DNA from: Octopus sinensis
Lineage: Eukaryota
Length of the DNA stretch: 64,000 nt
Direction: 5' to 3'
Assembly: GCF_006345805.1 (NCBI RefSeq)
Contig: NC_043001.1
Location: forward strand, 53,196,001 to 53,260,000
Under the pieces are notes generated by a model that was given only the letters and a program-made list of their open reading frames with translations, had not been told where the DNA came from and did no database searches. Both the position numbers and the translations under genes were made by a program. Shown piece after piece: positions 28,111-42,391 of this stretch; within the stretch, counting starts at the first letter, position 1; every line of letters begins with the position of its first letter.

Positions 28111-28957
28111 AACGTACATAATTCCTCATCTATTTAATATAGAACAGCTTACAACAAAATTGTAAAATCTGACATGTTTCACTTCCTTGTTAAAGATGGA
28201 AATTCAGCCAACCAACCAATCACAGTGCGTTCCTTTTTTCTTCTCTTTTTTCACAAATGACATTACATTGAAAATCTTTTATAGAGATTCATTGTAAATG
28301 AGACACATTTCGAAGAAAGTCCTTCGTAGATACATGGAAAGCAAATATAGTAAGAAAACATAAATGCGATGATAAATTGGCTGAAGCTGATATTTTTCAG
28401 AACTTCTCAAACATGTAATCAACTGGCTGAATCTTTGCCAGATATACAATTAATCTCTTTTGTTGTATTCATTTTTTATTCTGAACTAAATATAGTCTAA
28501 TATTCTCCATTATTTACTCTCTTTCTAGCAAGAAAATAACAGACAATTTGTGGTGTACATTCTCCTCGTTATTTAATTTACTAAGACTATTCAATAAATA
28601 ACAGAAACTAGCAGGCATTGTTTTTAATGACATTTACTATACACATATCTCATAGATCTATATCTGCTTTAGGTGTCGGTATCTGTCTCTCGATCACCAT
28701 ATATACACACAAATACACACACACATATATATATTATACGTATAATTAATTCAAAAATAAGGAGTAGAATGCAAACAAAAAACGCAAGAACTTGGTACAT
28801 GCAACGTATTAATAAGACGCTCAAGGAAGAAAAGAAAAGCGTTTCGAGCAAACCTCATCTACGGAAACAAGAGAGAGAAGAAAGTTCAAATGAAAAGGAA
28901 GACGGAAGAAGCATTGCCAACAATTCACATGCACTTACATGTGTATATATATATATA

Positions 28958-29380
28958 TGAGGGAATATTATTCTAAACTTACAGGAAAAAATTCAATTTA
29001 GAAATACTAAATCAAATTTCACAGAATATAATATATATATATATATATATAAATCAGAGAACATCAGAGTTTATCAATTCAATAATGAAACATTAAATTA
29101 CATCATCTAGAAAATTACATATTATAGAAAAATTAAATATAAGATAAAAAATATAACAATGATTAATTAATGTGCAAAATAATAAATAAAAACGTATATA
29201 TTTGGTAGAAAAACGACAGGTGTTTCGTGGCGATATTTAAGCATTGATTATAGTAAAAATATTACTAGTAGTAAAATCACTTCAATATAAATATAGCCAC
29301 TCATCAGGTTAAAGATAACTACAATAATAAAATAAATATACGTAAAAGATATTTTAAAATATAAATGTGTTCTTTAAATT
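28958..29380 (-). mobile_element. Hammerhead-bearing element (family A) with an ~80-bp 3' terminal module, in (TA)n
   Basis: Ribozyme 29212-29310, then an AT-rich tail, (TA)n and a terminal module at 28958-29030 that is homologous to 595-680 and 41314-41390. Confidence 0.65.
29212..29310 (-). ncRNA. Type I hammerhead ribozyme, family A (canonical core, GUC)
   Basis: AAC-CTGATGA-GTGGC...GCCAC-GAAA-C ACCT G-T-C-GTT. Confidence 0.8.
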
Positions 29381-29402
29381 ATATATATATATATATATAT
29401 AT

Positions 29403-31430
29403 ACATCGGAAACTGGTGTTCGTATGGAGATATGGGGGTGCGGTTTCGGAACCTGGGTGGAAGATTGTTACTAACGATTTTTAAAAATTCTTTTTGTTCC
29501 TGGTTGTTGTTTTTTATGGAGAAATTGAGCCCATTTTCTTTTTACTGCTCTTTCTTCTTTCTAAAAGATATTCATCTGTGGTTTATATTTTTTAATCAAT
29601 AGGTTTTCCTTATCTTAATGGAATTGGGTTGAAGTGATTCCAGTGCATTGATAGGGAGAGAACATTTGGTATTTAGGGTTTATGTATACGGGGCATTGGT
29701 GTAGGTACTTGCTTACGGGAAGTTTCCTTGTGGTGGCATCCCGGATTTGTTTCCTGTGCACCGTAAGTCTATCCCTCAATGTTAAGCTTGTTTGACCTAT
29801 ATCGTCCCCGCCACAACCTCCACATTGGATAACATAGATTAAGTTCTTCGAAGCACATATGAAGTCATATTTTATGGGAAAAGTTTGACTTAAATTTCTA
29901 TGTTGTGCCCTCCAAGAAGAATATGCAAGTTCCGCAGTTATGGCCGTTGCTCTTTCTGACTTGTGTGGTTGTATTTTTGGTGGTTAATTAAGCGCTGGTG
30001 AGTATTTTCTAAGGGATTGTTGTTGTCTCTTGCTTTTAATAACCCTAATTCACGGTGGATGATGTTGTATGCTTCCATGTTTCTTGGATTGTGTGTTGCT
30101 ACGTAAGTGTTTTAAGTGTGACATGGTGTTTTCTTGTTTTCCGTAACTCTTGGATGTCTATCGTTTTTACACGGTCTATTCCATTTTCGATTAGACTGGA
30201 TGGGTATTTTCTATTAAGTAATGTGTTTTTTAAGTTCTTGGAGTCACTTTTCTCGGGTTTCAGGATTTGATGCAATCATGCAAATTCTCCTCGCTAAGTT
30301 GAACAGTATAGTTATTTTCCTATGTTTAGAATGGCAAAAGGAGAATAGAAGATATTGTTTTGAATCCGTTGTTTTGAAGAAGACGTCGGTTTCAACTTCA
30401 GTATCTCTCATTACCAATAAGCTGTCCTGGAATGGTAGTTGTTTGTGGTTGTATTACATTGTCAACTGGATACTCTGGTTAATGCTGTTGATAAAGCTTT
30501 TTAAATTTTGAGAGTTGTTCAAGTTTATGCGACCACAAGGATGAAACAGTCATCGAGATAGCGTTTCCAATTAGTGAGTATTTCTTGAAGATGTCTCAAA
30601 ATGTCAATCTAGCGTGTTCGTATATTGGGTCTTCCAATATGCCATGACAAGTTTGGTAAAAGTAGGGGCTACCCTCGTTCCCATCACCGTGCCCGCAGCT
30701 GCCTACAAGTGTCATCGTTGACATTGAAGAATTTGTTCTGTAAGATGAATCGTATTCCTTCAACGATGAATTATTTTCCAATTCGGTCAGGAATGTCAGT
30801 TAGGAATTTCTCCAGCCAGTATTGTATCGCTATTATTCTGTATTCCTGAATAATATAGGTGTGGAGGTTTATAAAACCAAATGAAACCAGGAGGGAGTCC
30901 TTGCTGGTTATGTTCGGGAGGTGGTTTAAAAAGTTCAGATCATCCTCTATAAACGGTATATTTTGGAGAATAGGTTTAAGGAGGAGTCAATAAAATTACT
31001 GACTCTGTGTGTCTCACACGAGGATCGGCTACAATTGGTCTCATTTTGAGATCTCTCGGGTGGAATACTTATGTCTATAGAAGTTGAGCTGTTACAGGCT
31101 TCGTTTATGACATCACTTTTATGGATTTTGGGAAGTTCATAGAAGTTACTGGTTTTGCAGTTAAATCTAGTCAAGTAATCTGTCTCCTTTTTTGTTAGAC
31201 ATTGTTGGAATTGGTGGATAAGTATAGACATATTGGCTATTATCATATTGGTCATTATCTTGGATTAACTGTAGTTGATGATTTTTTTCTTGAGGGAGGG
31301 TTAGTGTAGTGTGTATGTATTTTTCTGAGTCTGTGGTTACTGCAGCACTTCGTTAGTCGGCTTCTTTTATAATTATGTTGTCATCCTCCTTGAGATTATT
31401 GATTTCCTATACTTCTCTACTTGTATTATA
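29403..31430 (-). mobile_element. Penelope-like element (Neptune-like), 5'-truncated and degenerate, RT + GIY-YIG
   Basis: IIIKEAD; FYELPKIHKS (ORF 30947-31255); frameshifted GxxMG motif near 30690; manual translation CASKNLIYVIQCGGCGGDDIGQTSLTLRDRLTVHRKQIRD...KENLLIKKYKPQMN at ~29860-29570. Confidence 0.88.
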
Positions 31431-31440
31431 TTATATTATA

Positions 31441-31470
<30 letters not shown>

Positions 31471-31477
<7 letters not shown>

Positions 31478-34400
31478 AAAGGGCTTAGTAAAATAAATTG
31501 CTTTGCCGCATACTGAACTCGTTAGAAATAGCAGCTAAAAAAAACTATTTCTAACACTTAAAGAAAACCTCTCTCATATAGTGTTTGCTCAATTCAACTC
31601 AAGAAAGTATGAGGGTAGAGACATTAAAAAATCAAATGCAAAGGTTATTTGAGTACGTACGTTTCAAGATTAGCCAAAATCGACCCTTCTCTCATCAGCT
31701 CAGAATGCCCTTGTTTGAATTTGAAAACACTGAAAATGGGAGCATACCCTTTCGGCTTGTTATCGCTTCTGAAGATCTGTTCCAAACTAACAGTGCCAGC
31801 AAACTCAAATATGCAAGAGAAAAATTTCTGCTCTCCCCTTTCCACCAGCGTGGGTTAAAATCAGCAAACACTATGCTTTTTTCGGTAAAATCCGAGACAA
31901 TTAAGTAGAGAGAGATGAATTATAATTTCAACAATTGAGGGTAAAATTAATTAATTAATTAATCAATTTCACCAAGTATTCAGTATGCAAAGGGACCATT
32001 TAAGGCAAATTCAAATTATTACATTATATAAAAGGGCTTAGTAAAATAAATTACTTTGCCGCATACTGAACTCGTTAGAAATAGCAGCTAAAAAAAACTA
32101 TTTCTAACACTTAAAGAAAACCTCTCTCATATAGTGTTTGCTCAATTCAACTCAAGAAAGTATGAGGGTAGAGACATTAAAAAATCAAATGCAAAGGTTA
32201 TTTGAGTACGTACGTTTCAAGATTAGCCAAAATCGACCCTTCTCTCATCAGCTCAAAATGCCCTTGTTTGAATTTGAAAACACTGAAAATGGGAGCATAC
32301 CCTTTCGGCTTGTTATCGCTTCTGAAGATCTGTTCCAAACTAACAGTGCCAGCAAACTCAAATATGCAAGAGAAAAATTTCTGCTCTCCCCTTTCCACCA
32401 GCGATAACAAGCCGAAAGGGTATGCTCCCATTTTCAGTGTTTTCAAATTCAAACAAAGGCATTCTGAGCTGATGAGAGAAGGGTCGATTTTGGCTAATCT
32501 TGAAACGTACGTACTCAAATAACCTTTGCATTTGATTTTTTAATGTCTCTACCCTCATACTTTCTTGAGTTGAATTGAGCAAACACTATATGAGAGAGGT
32601 TTTCTTTAAGTGTTAGAAATAGTTTTTTTAGCTGCTATTTCTAACGAGTTCAGTATGCGGCAAAGTAATTTATTTTACTAAGCCCTTTTATATAATGTAA
32701 TAATTTGAATTTGCCTTAAATGGTCCCTTTGCATACTGAATACTTGGTGAAATTGATTAATTAATTATTAATTTTACCCTCAATTGTTGAAATTATAATT
32801 CATCTCTCTCTACTTAATTGTCTCGGATTTTACCGAAAAAAGCATAGTGTTTGCTGATTTTAACCCACGCTGGTGGAAGGGGAGAGCAGAAATTTTTCTC
32901 TTGCATATTTGAGTTTGCTGGCACTGTTAGTTTGGAACAGATCTTCAGAAGCGATAACAAGCCGAAAGGGTATGCTCCCATTTTCAGTGTTTTCAAATTC
33001 AAACAAGGGCATTCTGAGCTGATGAGAGAAGGGTCGATTTTGGCTAATCTTGAAACGTACGTACTCAATAACCTTTGCATTTGATTTTTTAATGTCTCTA
33101 CCCTCATACTTTCTTGAGTTGAATTGAGCAAACACTATATGAGAGAGGTTTTCTTTAAGTGTTAGAAATAGTTTTTTTTTTAGCTGCTATTTCTAACGAG
33201 TTCAGTATGCGGCAAAGTAATTTATTTTACTAAGCCCTTTTATATAATGTAATAATTTGAATTTGCCTTAAATGGTCCCTTTGCATACTGAATACTTGGT
33301 GAAATTGATTAATTAATTAATTAATTTTACCCTCAATTGTTGAAATTATAATTCATCTCTCTCTACTTAATTGTCTCGGATTTTACCGAAAAAAGCATAG
33401 TGTTTGCTGATTTTAACCCACGCTGGTGGAAAGGGGAGAGCAGAATTTTTCTCTTGCATATTTGAGTTTGCTGGCACTGTTAGTTTGGAACAGATCTTCA
33501 GAAGCGATAACAAGCCGAAAGGGTATGCTCCCATTTTCAGTGTTTTCAAATTCAAACAAGGGCATTCTGAGCTGATGAGAGATGGGTCGATTTTGGCTAA
33601 TCTTGAAACGTACGTACTCAAATAACCTTTGCATTTGATTTTTTAATGTCTCTACCCTCATACTTTCTTGAGTTGAATTGAGCAAACACTATATGAGAGA
33701 GGTTTTCTTTAAGTGTTAGAAATAGTTTTTTTAGCTGCTATTTCTAACGAGTTCAGTATGCGGCAAAGTAATTTATTTTACTAAGCCCTTTTATATAATG
33801 TAATAATTTGAATTTGCCTTAAATGGTCCCTTTGCATACTGAATACTTGGTGAAATTGATTAATTAATTAATTAATTTTACCCTCAATTGTTGAAATTAT
33901 AATTCATCTCTCTCTACTTATTGTCTCGGATTTTACCGAAAAAAGCATAGTGTTTGCTGATTTTAACCCACGCTGGTGGAAAGGGGAGAGCAGAAATTTT
34001 TCTCTTGCATATTTGAGTTTGCTGGCACTGTTAGTTTGGAACAGATCTTCAGAAGCGATAACAAGCCGAAAGGGTATGCTCCCATTTTCAGTGTTTTCAA
34101 ATTCAAACAAGGGCATTCTGAGCTGATGAGAGAAGGGTCGATTTTGGCTAATCTTGAAACGTACGTACTCAAATAACCTTTGCATTTGATTTTTTAATGT
34201 CTCTACCCTCATACTTTCTTGAGTTGAATTGAGCAAACACTATATGAGAGAGGTTTTCTTTAAGTGTTAGAAATAGTTTTTTTAGCTGCTATTTCTAACG
34301 AGTTCAGTATGCGGCAAAGTAATTTATTTTACTAAGCCCTTTTATATAATGTAATAATTTGAATTTGCCTTAAATGGTCCCTTTGCATACTGAATACTTG

Positions 34401-36096
34401 GTGAAATTGATTAATTAATTAATAATTTTACCCTCAATTGTTGAAATTATAATTCATCTCTCTCTACTTAATGTCTCGGATTTTACCGAAAAAAGCATAG
34501 TGTTTGCTGATTTTAACCCACGCTGGTGGAAAGGGGAGAGCAGAAATTTTTCTCTTGCATATTTGAGTTTGCTGGCACTGTTAGTTTGGAACAGATCTTC
34601 AGAAGCGATAACAAGCCGAAAGGGTATGCTCCCATTTTCAGTGTTTTCAAATTCAAACAAGGGCATTCTGAGCTGATGAGAGAAGGGTCGATTTTGGCTA
34701 ATCTTGAAACGTACGTACTCAAATAACCTTTGCATTTGATTTTTTAATGTCTCTACCCTCATACTTTCTTGAGTTGAATTGAGCAAACACTATATGAGAG
34801 AGGTTTTCTTTAAGTGTTAGAAATAGTTTTTTTTTAGCTGCTATTTCTAACGAGTTCAGTATGCGGCAAAGTAATTTATTTTACTAAGCCCTTTTATATA
34901 ATGTAATAATTTGAATTTGCCTTAAATGGTCCCTTTGCATACTGAATACTTGGTGAAATTGATTAATTAATTAATTAATTTTACCCTCAATTGTTGAAAT
35001 TATAATTCATCTCTCTCTACTTAATGTCTCGGATTTTACCGAAAAAAGCATAGTGTTTGCTGATTTTAACCCACGCTGGTGGAAAGGGGAGAGCAGAAAT
35101 TTTTCTCTTGCATATTTGAGTTTGCTGGCACTGTTAGTTTGGAACAGATCTTCAGAAGCGATAACAAGCCGAAAGGGTATGCTCCCATTTTCAGTGTTTT
35201 CAAATTCAAACAAGGGCATTCTGAGCTGATGAGAGATGGGTCGATTTTGGCTAATCTTGAAACGTACGTACTCAAATAACCTTTGCATTTGATTTTTTAA
35301 TGTCTCTACCCTCATACTTTCTTGAGTTGAATTGAGCAAACACTATATGAGAGAGGTTTTCTTTAAGTGTTAGAAATAGTTTTTTTAGCTGCTATTCTAA
35401 CGAGTTCAGTATGCGGCAAAGTAATTTATTTTACTAAGCCCTTTTATATAATGTAATAATTTGAATTTGCCTTAAATGGTCCCTTTGCATACTGAATACT
35501 TGGTGAAATTGATTAATTAATTAATTAATTTTACCCTCAATTGTTGAAATTATAATTCATCTCTCTCTACTTATTGTCTCGGATTTTACCGAAAAAAGCA
35601 TAGTGTTGCTGATTTTAACCCACGCTGGTGGAAAGGGGAGAGCAGAAATTTTTCTCTTGCATATTTGAGTTTGCTGGCACTGTTAGTTTGGAACAGATCT
35701 TCAGAAGCGATAACAAGCCGAAAGGGTATGCTCCCATTTTCAGTGTTTTCAAATTCAAACAAGGGCATTCTGAGCTGATGAGAGAAGGGTCGATTTTGGC
35801 TAATCTTGAAACGTACGTACTCAAATAACCTTTGCATTTGATTTTTTAATGTCTCTACCCTCATACTTTCTTGAGTTGAATTGAGCAAACACTATATGAG
35901 AGAGGTTTTCTTTAAGTGTTAGAAATAGTTTTTTTAGCTGCTATTTCTAACGAGTTCAGTATGCGGCAAAGTAATTTATTTTACTAAGCCCTTTTATATA
36001 ATGTAATAATTTGAATTTGCCTTAAATGGTCCCTTTGCATACTGAATACTTGGTGAAATTGATTAATTAATTAATTAATTTTACCCTCAATTGTTG

Positions 36097-36100
<4 letters not shown>
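31471..36100. mobile_element. Retrozyme-like array 2 (family D2): ~1.7 units (minus) joined head-to-head to ~6.7 tandem 549-553-bp units (plus)
   Basis: Ribozymes at 31650-31702 and 32203-32255 (-) and starting at 32465, 33015, 33568, 34119, 34669, 35222 and 35771 (+, 53 nt each). The junction has AGCG microhomology at 32400-32403; (TA)n at both ends. Confidence 0.92.
32465..32517 (+). ncRNA. Minimal type I hammerhead ribozyme, family D2 (representative of 9 copies)
   Basis: TGAG-CTGATGA-GAGA..GGTCG ATTT TGGCT..TCTT-GAAA-C GTAC G-T-A-CTCA. The triplet is GUA and predicted cleavage is after 32513. Confidence 0.85.
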
Positions 36101-36136
<36 letters not shown>

Positions 36137-36470
36137 TGAGAAAACGACATAGACGATTTGTTTTGGAGTCTAATAATACCATGTACGCCTATGAAGATTT
36201 ACAAACATACTTTCCCAGTGATACTCGTTTTACCTACCATTTTAGACAATACCAAATGTTTTTTCTCAAACCTTTCACAATGTGATACAAGTCTTTATTA
36301 TTTATTATTGCATGCTATCTGTTATTGAACTATCTGTTATGTCGATTATGCATTGATGTAAGAATAAGTTGTTCTATAAAGCCCGAAACATATGTACCGC
36401 AACATCCTTTGTGTCCTGTTTTTCATTTATTTCATTTGACACAGACACACAGACACACACACACACACAC

Positions 36471-36501
<31 letters not shown>

Positions 36502-38402
36502 TACAAACATACAAATGGAATCTGCCAAATTAAAAGTCCAGTGTACCGGTGCAAGATTACCTCTGGTAAGAAGGCATATTTTTCTATAGGTTTATTCTCT
36601 ACGAAACTGAAATCTAGGCTGGCTAACCATTTCTCTACCTTCAAATACTACACTCTGGCACCTTAAAGACTCTAACAAGCTTTTTTCTTTAGACTGGAAA
36701 ATTTTACCGATATCATTTCCCTATTGCAAAGGGAAATCTTTCTGCCCGCTTACCACGGAGGAACAATTTTCAATACTCTTTTCCAAGCATAATCTGTGGA
36801 ACACGTTTACGGGGTGAGTTTACAGATGTAAACATTGGAAAAACATTCCTTCGTTTTTCAAATAGCATCCCTCCTAATTATTGTACATATATATATATAT
36901 ATATATATATAATATAAATAGATATATATATATATATATATATACATGTGTGTGTGTGTGTGTGTACATATATGAATACGTGAGTGTGTGTAAATACATA
37001 CATGTGTGGGGTGAGTGCGTATTCGTGTTTGTCTGTGTGTGCGTGTGTCTGTGTGTGTGTATATGCGTGTGCGTGTTTGCCGTCATACCTGTACCACAAG
37101 AAATTTTCCATTTCTAATATTTTCTGATCCTGCATAAAAGCCTTAACTGCTGCGTAAAACGTGGTGGAAATTAAAGTATACACAACATTCGTCACAGGGA
37201 ATTCGTGTTTCTTCCCGATGACTGTTATCCATTTCATGTTTGAAATAGTTGTTATCCTTTGGGACAGAAATAATGCAAATGAGTACTTCTTTATTTAACT
37301 TCTTCATATATCTACTATTACGTTGAGGTCTGAAACCTCGCACTAATAATGCTTTTCTGTATATTACACCAGGAATACCGGAAAACATTTTTTCTTTATA
37401 TTCTATCAAGGAAAGTTAAGTAATACATAATGCATAAATACAGGCAAAAGGATGAAAAAAGAAGAAAAATGTGCGGAACAGAAAAATAGCATAAACAGCT
37501 CACACATTTCCAGTGTCATAACAGAGATATAAACTAAATTCAATTTTACCCAACCAACGAGAAAGAAAGTAAAATATCTGAAACTCACGTACTTAAACAG
37601 TTATATAAGAAATACACAGCACAGTTTCACACATTGAAATTGGAAGATTTATAACATAAAGAAACTATAAATAAAACAGAATGAGATGTAATGTACAAGC
37701 GAAATACTAATGATAAGCATCTAATTATAATAATTACAGATCTCTAATTGTAATTTGGATAGATTTACAGATAGTTCACTGTTAATTGGCGGTCTACGTG
37801 CAGTAAAATTTAATTAAGTAAAAATTAAATTTTAGAGTCCTGTGTGTTGTCAATATGTTTTTATCGGAAAATACCTTGAATGTGCTTCTCTTTCTCGCTC
37901 TCTCTCTCTCTCTCTCTCTCTCCAACTATCTATTTATCTATCTATCTGCCTCTGTCTCTTCATTCTCTCTTTCTATCTCTCTACCTTTCCCCACATTATT
38001 TATGTTTGTTTTAAATATCAATTAAATATAAAACGCGTGTGTGTGTATTTCTCTGAGTATGTATGGGTGCATATCTAGATGTACTGTAATTAAAAAAACC
38101 TACCCCATGTTGATTCTGCCTAAATGTTAAGGGAGATCGTGTCTAGGAAATGCCCCACCCTACTCCCAGGAGCAGATTGTTCAGTTTTGGGTTTAAATAA
38201 ACAATTGAACATTCATAGTCGAGTCGATGACGGAGATCCGCCATTTATACGAATCAAAATAAATGAATATATGTGTGTGTGCGTCTATCCATATATCGAC
38301 CAATCGCTCTATATATATGTATGTGTGTGTACAAAAACATAGATTCAAACATACATACATATAGGCATACATACACACAGACATACATATATATATATAT
38401 GT

Positions 38403-38640
38403 ATATCTATTATATAAAATCCGTTCTGTCTGTGTGTGTGTGTGTCTTCTAGGATCTCGGCATCCCCCATCCGATTGCACTCAAATTTGATATGAAGATA
38501 CCGACGGTACCAGGCGTGTATAAGACTTGAAAAATTACAAAAATCGATTCTGGGTGAGAATGCGATCGATAAAGCCGTGGGAACGTGCATTTGTACGCGC
38601 AAGTACATCAGTCGAGATCCATCTTTTGCTGGTGTCTCAA
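38403..38640 (+). mobile_element. Non-autonomous Helitron/Helentron-associated element (DINE-1/Lep1-like)
   Basis: Starts ATCTATTATATAAAATCCGTTCTGTCTG(TG)n...ATCTC...CCGATTGCACTCAAATTTG, the usual layout of these elements. No ORF. Confidence 0.45.
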
Positions 38641-38763
38641 ATTTAGGTTAAATCAGTGTTTCTCAAAAGGGCGGTTGGACAAATTGTTTTGAGAAAATTT
38701 ATCTTAAATGTTAAACAACTCAGCACCGGGGTGAGTTTTTGCTCGTATGTATAAATATATATA

Positions 38764-38803
<40 letters not shown>

Positions 38804-38820
38804 ATATATATATATATATA

Positions 38821-39499
<679 letters not shown>

Positions 39500-39510
39500 T
39501 ATATATATAT

Positions 39511-39800
39511 GAGGAGCCGCATGGCCCAGTGTTTAGGGCAGTGGACTCGCGGTCGTAGGATCGCGATTTCGATTCCCAGACCGGGCGTTGTGAGTGTTTA
39601 TTGAGCGAAAACACCTAGGTGGTGGCGATCCCTGCTCTACTCTTTCGCCACAACTTTCTCTCACTCTTTCTTCTGTTGACCTGCTCGCTTAGCGAGCGGG
39701 GTGGCGTCAGTTGAAGGCTAAAACAATGTGAAGCGCATTGTGACCATCGATGTGTAGCAACATCTGATAGCCTTGTCGGTCACGGTGATCACGGTGATGT
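39511..39800 (+). mobile_element. tRNA-derived SINE (second family)
   Basis: gaggagccgcatggcccagtgtttaggg (A-box)...gatttcgattcccagaccggg (B-box), followed by a non-tRNA body. Confidence 0.7.
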
Positions 39801-41136
39801 ATATATACATATCTATGTATACTGACACAGAGTCAGTATACACATATATATGTACATATATATACATATATATATATATATATTAGGCAGTAGGCAGGGC
39901 GGAAAATTGTGTCCGAGACCATTTAAAAGGAATATTTGTCTGGTATAAGCAGAAGAATGAAATGTTTGCTCAAACAAGACACATAACGCGCACGTTTGTA
40001 ACAACGTCCATTCCACCAAAGGTATTTCAAATACCATCTGTTAGTGTCACACCCGGTAACGGATTAACTCTACTACCCAAGCACGACCTTGCACCAGAAA
40101 AAATGTTACATGCTATCCCTTCCATCAACATTGCATTGCCTTCTTTACTATCTACTGCTTTAGATTTTCATTTATTGTGATCAGTTAAGAAAGGAAGAAA
40201 GAAGTTTAGCTCGGCGTCATTTGAATTTTGAACTCGGACAACCAGAACATATATGGTTACATATTGAATCCGAGGTTTAAACTTTCTGCCAACTCACAGC
40301 CTATATGTATGAGCTATATAGAACATATTCTGCAGACTGAAAGACGATCCATGATAGTACCATAGTTAAATAGAGTCAGAGAAAAATAAGAGAAAACTTT
40401 TCTGAGTTCTCTTAATTATAGTGTATGGACAGCTAAACATTTTCTGTGAAGCAACGCAATATTTAATCAGATGCATAAGCAGTGTTCGACCATAAATCAA
40501 GCGGAAGGTTTAAAGACATTCAGCAGTATTATTATGCTCTTCAGTTGCTCTTAGACTGTAGTTATTGATTAAAATTCCTTGTGGTTGCACTCCAGTAAAG
40601 TGCCTCATTTCATGATATGGAGTTCATCCATAATTTCTGTTTCATTTTGTTACTCGGGAATATATAATGATTAATATTCAAGCTTTTAGCAATAATTTAC
40701 TACCAATTTCTTTTGGTAAATTCTCATGAATATACGGCAGAAAGGTAGGATTTATTACTCTGTACAAGAAGAGGAGAAACTGCTCACAATATAAACTTAA
40801 TATCAACCACTTAATGTAATCGAGGTGAAATAATGTTGTGTTAGTTAGGCAGAGAAACACTTAAAAGCTGATATCGATCGGGTGAAGTGTTAGCACAAAG
40901 TACGGCGGTACTGCCTAAAGGAGTGAAGTTATTTGATTCCAAAGCATTTTTTTTGTTTTTGTATATTTATCTATTTATATCGTGCTATTCTGTACAATAA
41001 CTTAGTTCGTTAAAGGGTGCTAACAGGCCAGTACTGGGTTCATTGTATGTCATTATTTATTTTATTTCGAGATTTCAAAAGGGAAATAGCAATTGAGAAG
41101 AGTGAATTGTAGATTAAATAGCTAAAATGATTGAGT

Positions 41137-41182
<46 letters not shown>

Positions 41183-41183
41183 C

Positions 41184-41251
<68 letters not shown>

Positions 41252-41313
41252 ATATACATATACATATATATATATATTATATGCATATATATATATATAC
41301 ATAATAATAAATA

Positions 41314-41480
41314 TTAGGGAATAAATCCAAATTTACAGGGAAAAAATCAGATTTAGGATTAAATCGATTTTATAGTAAAATATTATATAATATTATTCGA
41401 GACAAAACCACTATTTTGCAAAACAAACAAGGAAAGACTTGTTTGTTTTGCAAAATAGTGGTTTTGTCTCGAATAATATT
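41314..41480. repeat. Family A-type terminal module ending in a perfect 43-bp hairpin
   Basis: 41389-41431 is the reverse complement of 41438-41480, with loop GAAAGA. Flanked by TA-rich repeats. Confidence 0.8.
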
Positions 41481-41661
41481 TTATATATATATACATATAT
41501 ATATATAAATATATATATATACATATATATATATACATATACACATATATACGTATAAATATATATACATACGTATACGAATACATGTGTTTATATATAT
41601 ATATACATACATACACACATATATACATGTATGTATATATATGTATACGTGCATATATATA

Positions 41662-41699
<38 letters not shown>

Positions 41700-41958
41700 A
41701 CTCTAATTGCTCAGTTCGAATAGCAGAATCGGGTCGTGAAACATTACTTCCTTTCACATTATTAGTTACCAAAATGCCAATGTGTAAGAAGTAACCATGA
41801 AAACCGGCGTAACGATTAACGAATCTACATCAAATAAAATTATTTGCACTATGTCATTCATGTATTGCGCTTATACATTTAGTCACTGATCTTGAAAAAG
41901 TGTATACAAGCAATAATAAATCTCTGAACAAGGTGTAGACAGTAACTGCACGACAACG

Positions 41959-42315
41959 TGAAGTATATTTGCCATCTAAATATGGCTAACCACTAAGGGT
42001 GGATGTTACTGTAGGTTGTAGCCCCAGGAAATCAGTGACGAAAAGTCACTGGAAAAAGGATATAAATATTTGCATTGGGACCCTTCCATCGAAAACCGGT
42101 GGTTGACGTGCGCTGATGACAGGTCAATACCCAGAAGCTGCAGTACGTTCGTATCACTTAGGTTGACGGCGGAAGAATGACTTCCCTTTGCAAATACCGA
42201 TAGGACACAGAAAGTGTGTCAATAGCCAGCTGGAGAATATGTTCTCCTGGGGCTACAAGCTACAGTAACATCCACCCTTAGTGGTTAGCCATATTTAGAT
42301 GGAAAATATACTTCA
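41959..42315. mobile_element. MITE-like element with 71-bp terminal inverted repeats
   Basis: 41959-42029 versus 42245-42315, near-perfect inverted repeats (two mismatches by eye), with a non-coding interior. Confidence 0.65.
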
Positions 42316-42391
42316 AACATTGGCTAAACTGGCAAAATGACCATTCCGAAATATAACAATACTTCAAACATATATATATATATATATATAT

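Noticed and set aside
31471-36100. Regular array as CRISPR or simple satellite
   Set aside because: There are no unique spacers or cas genes and the context is eukaryotic. The fixed ends, inversion and ribozymes argue for a retro-derived array rather than plain satellite DNA.
37094-37258. Minus-strand exon-like ORF (ISNMKWITVIGKKHEFP...FLWYR, donor CAG|gtatga)
   Set aside because: No recognised domain, no phase-linked partner exon, and it conflicts in strand with the better plus-strand candidates.
42100-42240. CTGATGA inside the 71-bp-TIR element
   Set aside because: No correctly placed GAAA, stem II or stem I could be paired.
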